IMG/VR virus record: IMGVR_UViG_3300025138_000039
Span: 1-62,212 of that record
Length of the DNA stretch: 62,212 nucleotides
Strand: one strand, 5' to 3'
Origin: a virus
Lineage: Duplodnaviria > Caudoviricetes
A program made the translations under genes and the position numbers. The notes under the pieces are model-generated. The model was not told the DNA's origin. It saw only the letters and a list, made by a program, of their open reading frames with translations, and made no database searches. Within the stretch, counting starts at the first letter, position 1. Every line of letters starts with the position of its first letter. Below are positions 57,656 through 62,212 of the stretch, piece by piece.

Positions 57656-58849
57656 ATGTTTTTTCAACTTTTAGACAATAAATTAGATTGTGCTGGAACT
57701 TACCTAGACGGTCAGTTCATTTGGCAAAGAATTCCAGAAGGAATATCAAAAACGTGGTCATATTCAGACCACCTATTCGGTATGGATGTCGATTACGCTA
57801 GTTTGCTTGTTGAGGGCAAATCACTCGATTCTGTATGTCCAGAATTCTTAAGGGAACGGTGGAGTTCTGTTAGTAAATTGATGAAGTCTCACTTCAAGAG
57901 TTTTATTACATCGAAGATTGATCTTGACGATGTCTGCTTTTACGATGTCGTACCTCAGAAGCATTTGATTCACTACTTCGACACCAAGAATGAAATCACC
58001 AAGTGGATTTTTGATAACTACGAGAGACCTGAACACTACACTTTATTAAAAAACGCCCAAGCGGCCATAAAGGAATTGAAACGACACCCAATCAACCTTA
58101 ATTCATTCGCTCTATATTGTATATCTGCAGATGATTTAAAGGCAAAGCATCTTTACAGTCAATTTGGCGAAACAACCCCATACATTGATTACAACTTGTT
58201 TGGAACAATTACTGGTCGACTAACAACTAAGAAAGATTCTTTTCCAATATTAAATCTTAAGACAGAACTCAAAAACCACGTCTATCCAACCAATGATGTG
58301 TTCTTGGAACTTGATTTCAACGCTTCCGAGATTAGAACAATGCTTGCATTGTTAGAACATGAACAACCAGAGGAGGATATTCATGAATGGAACATCAAAA
58401 ACGTTTTTCGAAAAGATCTTAGCCGAGACGAAGCAAAAACAAAAATATTCGCTTGGCTCTACAACCCAGAATCTACAGCCATTGAATCAGATTACTACGA
58501 TAGAGAAATACTCTTGGAAAGATATTATGACGCCGAAAGTGAAATGGTCAGCACTCCATTCGGGAGAACAATTGCAACTACCCCTAGTAAAGCACTCAAT
58601 TACCTTTTACAATCAAGTTCCTCTGATAACACACTCGAACGATTTATCAAAATTTCTGGTTTCCTTAGGGCAACAAGATCCCATGTTACTGCGATTGTTC
58701 ACGATAGCGTTATCATTGATCTTCATGCCGACGACAAACGACTCATCCCTGAATTAAAGGAAATATTTGGGAACACCCGCTTGGGCAAGTTCAAGGTTAA
58801 CTGCTCAATGGGTAAGAGTTTGGGGAAACTAAAAGAGTTTTCATGGTAG
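57656..58849 (+). CDS. polA: Family A DNA polymerase (polymerase domain only)
   Basis: TITGRLTT; motif A LDFNASEIR; motif B RDEAKTKIFAWLY; ALNYLLQS; motif C VHDSV. Confidence 0.88.
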   Translation: MFFQLLDNKLDCAGTYLDGQFIWQRIPEGISKTWSYSDHLFGMDVDYASLLVEGKSLDSVCPEFLRERWSSVSKLMKSHFKSFITSKIDLDDVCFYDVVPQKHLIHYFDTKNEITKWIFDNYERPEHYTLLKNAQAAIKELKRHPINLNSFALYCISADDLKAKHLYSQFGETTPYIDYNLFGTITGRLTTKKDSFPILNLKTELKNHVYPTNDVFLELDFNASEIRTMLALLEHEQPEEDIHEWNIKNVFRKDLSRDEAKTKIFAWLYNPESTAIESDYYDREILLERYYDAESEMVSTPFGRTIATTPSKALNYLLQSSSSDNTLERFIKISGFLRATRSHVTAIVHDSVIIDLHADDKRLIPELKEIFGNTRLGKFKVNCSMGKSLGKLKEFSW

Positions 58850-59049
58850 TTGGTGATTTGGTTGTCCTTTCTGATTGTCAAACAACAGGATATAGGAACG
58901 GTGAGATTGGAATTGTGACTAAAATAGAAGAAGTCGGACAACTATTTAGGTTATATTGGGTATTTATGAGTGACGGGGTAGAAGTTCCAATGTGGGACAC
59001 GGAACTTGAGGTATTCAATGGAGAAAGGGGATCTAGTAATTATAGTTGA
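58843..59049 (+). CDS. Small SH3/KOW-like protein
   Basis: VGDLV...GEIGIVTKI...YWVF. Confidence 0.6.
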   Translation: MVVGDLVVLSDCQTTGYRNGEIGIVTKIEEVGQLFRLYWVFMSDGVEVPMWDTELEVFNGERGSSNYS

Positions 59050-59236
59050 GTCGTTGCCTCATTGGTCATGGTCAACATATACTACGGGCCACATAGGATT
59101 GGTGAGAAATGTAAGGATCGGCACAATAGATTCTCGAGACCCAATTTATGAAGTATTTTTCCTCCATAATAGTAAGACACATCCTGTTCTGAAGAGTTTT
59201 ATGAAACTGTTGAGCGAATTAGATGAAAGAAGGTGA
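59018..59236 (+). CDS. Small SH3/KOW-like protein
   Basis: KGDLV...GHIGLV...YEVFF; ATG 59018 after GAGG. Confidence 0.6.
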   Translation: MEKGDLVIIVESLPHWSWSTYTTGHIGLVRNVRIGTIDSRDPIYEVFFLHNSKTHPVLKSFMKLLSELDERR

Positions 59237-59429
59237 TCTCATAACAATTTTTAGTAGTCCATGGGATGAACGTTCGCTTTTCGGATACAAGAATGGTGAT
59301 GTTGCGATGGTTTTAGAGGTCTTTTCATACCCAAATGAGATTAGCCTACCATCAGTAAGAGTTTTTGTCTTTGCCTCAGAAAAGATAGTTACAATACCAA
59401 TATTATACGCACAACAAATAGGAGAATGA
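59223..59429 (+). CDS. Small SH3/KOW-like protein
   Basis: EGDLI...GYKNGDVAMVLEV...VRVFVF. Confidence 0.6.
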   Translation: MKEGDLITIFSSPWDERSLFGYKNGDVAMVLEVFSYPNEISLPSVRVFVFASEKIVTIPILYAQQIGE

Positions 59430-59430
59430 A

Positions 59431-60240
59431 ATGATTTTAGTAGGATTAGGAGAGGCTGGAAAAAATATAGCCAAACTCTTCAAGCCACATACCAAGAATT
59501 ATAAAATAATAATTCTTGACGAAGATGACGGTATTGAAAAGAAGAGTACCGTGGAAGAATACGATGAAGCCACAATCAGATTTAAACAGAGAGGCCTCAA
59601 ATCTCACGATGAAGCCATCCTGTTTGTTTGTGGGTCCGGTAAGGTTGCTGGTGCATCACTACGTGTCCTAGAGGCACTGAAGGGCTTTAAAACAACCGTA
59701 TGTTATTTGGTGCCTGACGTTGAGTTCTGTTCGAAGAAAGAAAAGTTAAGACACAGGGTTCATTTCAATGTACTTCAAGAATATGTCCGATCAGGGATGA
59801 TTGAAGAAATGTTAATATTGGACAACAAGACTCTATTGAGCATTGCTGGTGCAGGAACCGTTACGGACTATTATGAAAAAGTAAATTATTTTATCTATTC
59901 AACTCTTCAAAACCTCATGTATTGTTCACACACGGCTGCAGACTTTAATAGGCTTCATTCTAAAAAAGAAATATCGAGAATCTCTACAATATCATTTGGT
60001 TCTTTTGATGCAGAAGATGAAAAGTTACTTTATTCACTTGACAACATTACTGAAACATGTTATTATATTAATATAGAAGAAGAAGATTTAAACGCAGATG
60101 AGACAGTCATACCGAAATGCCAACAAATCGTTAGAGAGAACAATGCACGAAACCGGGAAACTTCATTCGCCATCTGGCGCTCATCTGAGGAAAGTCATTT
60201 GTACGCCAAACACTACACTCACTTCATTCAAGAGGTTTAA
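59431..60240 (+). CDS. Tubulin/FtsZ-family protein with degenerate signature
   Basis: T1 loop LVGLGEAGKNIA; GSGKVAGAS in place of GGGTG(S/T)G; LILDN; YEKVN. Confidence 0.65.
   Translation: MILVGLGEAGKNIAKLFKPHTKNYKIIILDEDDGIEKKSTVEEYDEATIRFKQRGLKSHDEAILFVCGSGKVAGASLRVLEALKGFKTTVCYLVPDVEFCSKKEKLRHRVHFNVLQEYVRSGMIEEMLILDNKTLLSIAGAGTVTDYYEKVNYFIYSTLQNLMYCSHTAADFNRLHSKKEISRISTISFGSFDAEDEKLLYSLDNITETCYYINIEEEDLNADETVIPKCQQIVRENNARNRETSFAIWRSSEESHLYAKHYTHFIQEV
60038..60066 (+). promoter_or_regulatory. sigma70-type promoter TTGACA-N17-TATTAT inside the tubulin-like CDS
   Basis: Same consensus as the other early promoters. Confidence 0.65.
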
Positions 60241-60356
60241 CGTTAACATACGTACATTCTGCGGAAATTCGACATCTTGGGATATTTAAATCATAATTAT
60301 TAATGAAGCAAGAGTTGCATCTTGCGACAAATATTTAGATTCTATCGGAGATTATT

Positions 60357-60554
60357 ATGAACCAGAAACAAGAAATAAAAAAACAGTTGAAAAAACTATT
60401 ACAATCTGAAGCTGAAATACTTTATCGGTTAGCAATCGATACCGCAACTCCGATAGAGGAATTAAATTATGTTGTGAATAAGATATTTGAAATGAGCAAT
60501 CTCATTTTGCGGCTCAACAAAACACTTGAGGAAATACGGAAGAATGAAAATTAA
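60357..60554 (+). CDS. Small hypothetical helical protein
   Basis: GGAG RBS; overlaps the next gene. Confidence 0.55.
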   Translation: MNQKQEIKKQLKKLLQSEAEILYRLAIDTATPIEELNYVVNKIFEMSNLILRLNKTLEEIRKNEN

Positions 60555-60714
60555 AGTAATGGACATTGTTTATTGTCCAAATAGAAATTTATTTGGACAG
60601 ATACACAGAATTAGAAGAGTAGATGTCCAAATAAAGTTTGTGACTGGGGATTTAATCTCAATTCACATAAACAGAATCACTTGGAACAAAGATCATTGGA
60701 GGATTAATGACTGA
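60544..60714 (+). CDS. Small beta-rich hypothetical protein
   Basis: ATG 60544; SH3-like pattern. Confidence 0.5.
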   Translation: MKIKVMDIVYCPNRNLFGQIHRIRRVDVQIKFVTGDLISIHINRITWNKDHWRIND

Positions 60715-61201
60715 CCAAATTTACTACAACATGTGGGGTAGCCAAAGCGAAGAGCACAAGGACTACTTTCGAACAATAGGAACTATCGCCAACTGGATTG
60801 GCTATGCACTGATAGGTCCGAGACACAGACCTTACACAACAGAAATTATGCCCTTGTCAAACATATCGGTACTACAAACAAAAGAAAAGTTTGGTTCACC
60901 TAGGGTTTACGTCTCATTTAGTAAAGAGACGCACCTGCAAGACGCAAGACATTATAGAAGCGTTTATCAGACAGCGATCAAGCTCTTTCCCCAATATGAG
61001 AAAGCGATTAGGGATGGAATGGATTATTCAAGCTACTTGTTTGATACTGAGGAAGAATTACGGCAATACATCGCAACTCAAATAGAGTGGGCAGAGAGAG
61101 TCAGAGACGGTGGCGAGACAAACGATGATTGGTTCACCGTAAAGATGGACTCAATTAGGGAAAATGAATCTTTTATAAAAAAAGTTTGCCTTTTTACTTG
61201 A
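60707..61201 (+). CDS. Hypothetical protein
   Basis: GGAGG RBS; QTKEKFG.PRVY motif. Confidence 0.65.
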   Translation: MTDQIYYNMWGSQSEEHKDYFRTIGTIANWIGYALIGPRHRPYTTEIMPLSNISVLQTKEKFGSPRVYVSFSKETHLQDARHYRSVYQTAIKLFPQYEKAIRDGMDYSSYLFDTEEELRQYIATQIEWAERVRDGGETNDDWFTVKMDSIRENESFIKKVCLFT

Positions 61202-61226
61202 CAAGGCATCTTAAACATGTTATATT
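61198..61226 (+). promoter_or_regulatory. sigma70-type promoter TTGACA-N17-TATATT
   Basis: Perfect -35, TG-extended -10, A/T-rich UP region. Confidence 0.85.
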
Positions 61227-61253
61227 ATAAGTATAACAAATAAGGAAAACAAA

Positions 61254-61331
61254 ATGGAATTAGTAATAATGGCCTCTCTATTTATCTTCGGCTTTACTTT
61301 ATTTTGGCGATGGATTGATGAGAGAGAGTAA
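61254..61331 (+). CDS. 25-aa single-TM peptide MELVIMASLFIFGFTLFWRWIDERE
   Basis: Own promoter and TAAGGA RBS; below the ORF-track cutoff. Confidence 0.55.
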   Translation: MELVIMASLFIFGFTLFWRWIDERE

Positions 61332-61350
61332 AAAAACTTTAAAAAAATAC

Positions 61351-61379
61351 TTGACAAGGTATCAAAACTATGTTATATT
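61351..61379 (+). promoter_or_regulatory. sigma70-type promoter TTGACA-N17-TATATT
   Basis: Perfect -35, TG-extended -10, A-tract UP element. Confidence 0.85.
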
Positions 61380-61410
61380 ATAATAGTCAAACAATATTCT
61401 AGGAGGAATT

Positions 61411-61677
61411 ATGACAAACACAAATAACACAAACACTATGACCGTATACACCGGCACTTTCGTAACGCAAACCGGATTTGAACGAACAATGAACTTTGTT
61501 CGCATTTCAGAAGCACCAGATGGTGTATTCCCGATGACCTTGCGTGAACGAAACTTAAAAGCCGGCTATGAAACCGTGTGGGACATTGATCGTCAACAAT
61601 ACCGCACATTCAACTCCAACACTCAAGTTGGAACTATCTCGAGTTCATCTCGTGATGTAAGCATTAGATTGTTTTAA
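61411..61677 (+). CDS. WYL/Sm-like SH3 beta-barrel protein
   Basis: F.T..G.ERTM...TVWDIDRQQYRTFN resembles the WYL-type (D.....R.F) motif; AGGAGG RBS. Confidence 0.6.
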   Translation: MTNTNNTNTMTVYTGTFVTQTGFERTMNFVRISEAPDGVFPMTLRERNLKAGYETVWDIDRQQYRTFNSNTQVGTISSSSRDVSIRLF

Positions 61678-61684
61678 TACTCCG

Positions 61685-61786
61685 TTGGTTGAAGGTTTGC
61701 CGCTACCTACCAAAAGGCGGCCTGTTTTTATCGAACCTCCAAGGCTGATAAAAGGTTCGCGGCTACCTTCCAAAAGGCCGCTTTTT
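61685..61786 (+). ncRNA. Two tandem copies of a putative H-type pseudoknot / terminator-like RNA motif
   Basis: AAGGT-Ty-GSSGC-T-ACCT-wCCAAAAG-GSSGC-T tract at 61692 and 61752, with compensatory changes in the stem. Confidence 0.65.
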
Positions 61787-61791
61787 AGCAC

Positions 61792-61877
61792 GCGTCAGTC
61801 ACCTAGTGGATATGGTATCGCCCTTCTAAGGCGACGGGTAACACCCATCGTAGGTTCGAATCCTACCTGGCGTACCA
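61792..61877 (+). tRNA. tRNA-Arg (TCT) with long variable arm, CCA encoded
   Basis: Acceptor GCGTCAG/CTGGCGT; anticodon arm TCGCC-CTTCTAA-GGCGA; V-arm GGGT-AAC-ACCC; GTAGG-TTCGAAT-CCTAC; ACCA. Confidence 0.9.
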
Positions 61878-61880
61878 CTT

Positions 61881-62033
61881 TCTTACGACTAGTAATCTCC
61901 ATAAGAGAACCTTGGAAGATGAATTCGTGAGATTTGAAAGAGGAGGTTATGTGATTATTTTTATAATAACATTGTTGGTTTCGTATGAGGATCCTCAAAT
62001 CATCGAGAGCGAAATCAAACCACCTCCTCTTTC
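61881..62033 (+). ncRNA. Putative multibranch structured RNA
   Basis: Stems TCTTACGA/TCGTGAGA, GAAAGAGGAGGT/ACCTCCTCTTTC (12 bp), TGGTTTCG/CGAAATCA, TGAG/CTCA. Confidence 0.5.
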
Positions 62034-62045
62034 TTCACCTTATTA

Positions 62046-62129
62046 GCTCGACTGTACGGTTGCAGATAACTAACGTGGGCAGGCGCTCTATAACGTTAGA
62101 ATTGTGGGGTTCAAATCCCTACTCGAGCA
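62046..62129 (+). ncRNA. tRNA-like element with non-canonical D and anticodon arms, no encoded CCA
   Basis: GCTCGA/TCGAGC-A acceptor; GTGGGG-TTCAAAT-CCCTAC T-arm; CTGTA/TGCAG; CTAACGT/ACGTTAG. Confidence 0.6.
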
Positions 62130-62212
62130 TAAATTTTATAAAACTAGAAATCTCAAAAACTTTTTTCGACACTTTTTTGAGATTATGAAAAAAACTTTAA
62201 CTTTTTACTTGA

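Noticed and set aside
61692-61786. preQ1-I riboswitch or theta/HDV-like ribozyme identity for the pseudoknots
   Set aside because: Only AGGUUC and an A-run resemble preQ1-I; the nested double-pseudoknot HDV core could not be built, and the motif lies 5' rather than 3' of the tRNA
61818-61834. Amber suppressor (CTA) reading of the tRNA, and genome-wide stop recoding
   Set aside because: The 5-bp stem TCGCC/GGCGA fixes the loop as CT-TCT-AA; core genes are intact in the standard code and end in TAA, TGA or TAG
349-61998. All minus-strand ORFs and short nested plus-strand ORFs in the ORF track
   Set aside because: They overlap well-supported + strand genes, lack RBSs or motifs, and read as antisense shadows (for example Ser/Cys-rich frames opposite the GCT-rich fibre)
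61685-62188. ORFs 61685-61930, 61795-61998(-) and 61985-62188
   Set aside because: They run through the tRNA and structured RNAs, with no RBS or protein-like motifs

Overview
This window is about 62 kb of a large lytic myovirus genome (T4-like/jumbo type), and every credible gene lies on the + strand. Gene order: baseplate-type virion genes (1-7.0 kb); a replication/recombination block (RuvC, HxGH nucleotidyltransferase, DnaG primase, Pol-beta-like nucleotidyltransferase, tRNA-Ala, hidden Smr-domain ORF, lipoprotein, fused Mre11-Rad50); a holin/spanin-like cassette; the head module (TerL, portal, prohead protease, ribosomal protein bS21, a fibre/LamG island, scaffold, major capsid); neck and contractile tail (sheath, two tubes, chaperones, tape measure, hub); then a polymerase-only PolA, a degenerate tubulin and an early region ending in a dense structured-RNA/tRNA cluster. 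Two promoter classes are visible: sigma70-like TTGACA-N17-TAyaTT before non-structural genes, and (A/G)CTA(T/A/C)TTA before structural genes. The most interesting signals are: (1) at least 5 unrelated small cargo genes share a near-identical MKLTKETLKRIIKEE leader and look like swappable capsid-targeted cassettes, and a GNAT enzyme carries a related leader; (2) a terminal ncRNA cluster with tandem covarying pseudoknots, a tRNA-Arg with a long variable arm, an SD/anti-SD-closed multibranch RNA and a tRNA-like element; (3) an unannotated Smr ORF with no standard start codon; (4) a candidate tail-chaperone frameshift. All calls come from reading motifs by eye; no database searches were run.
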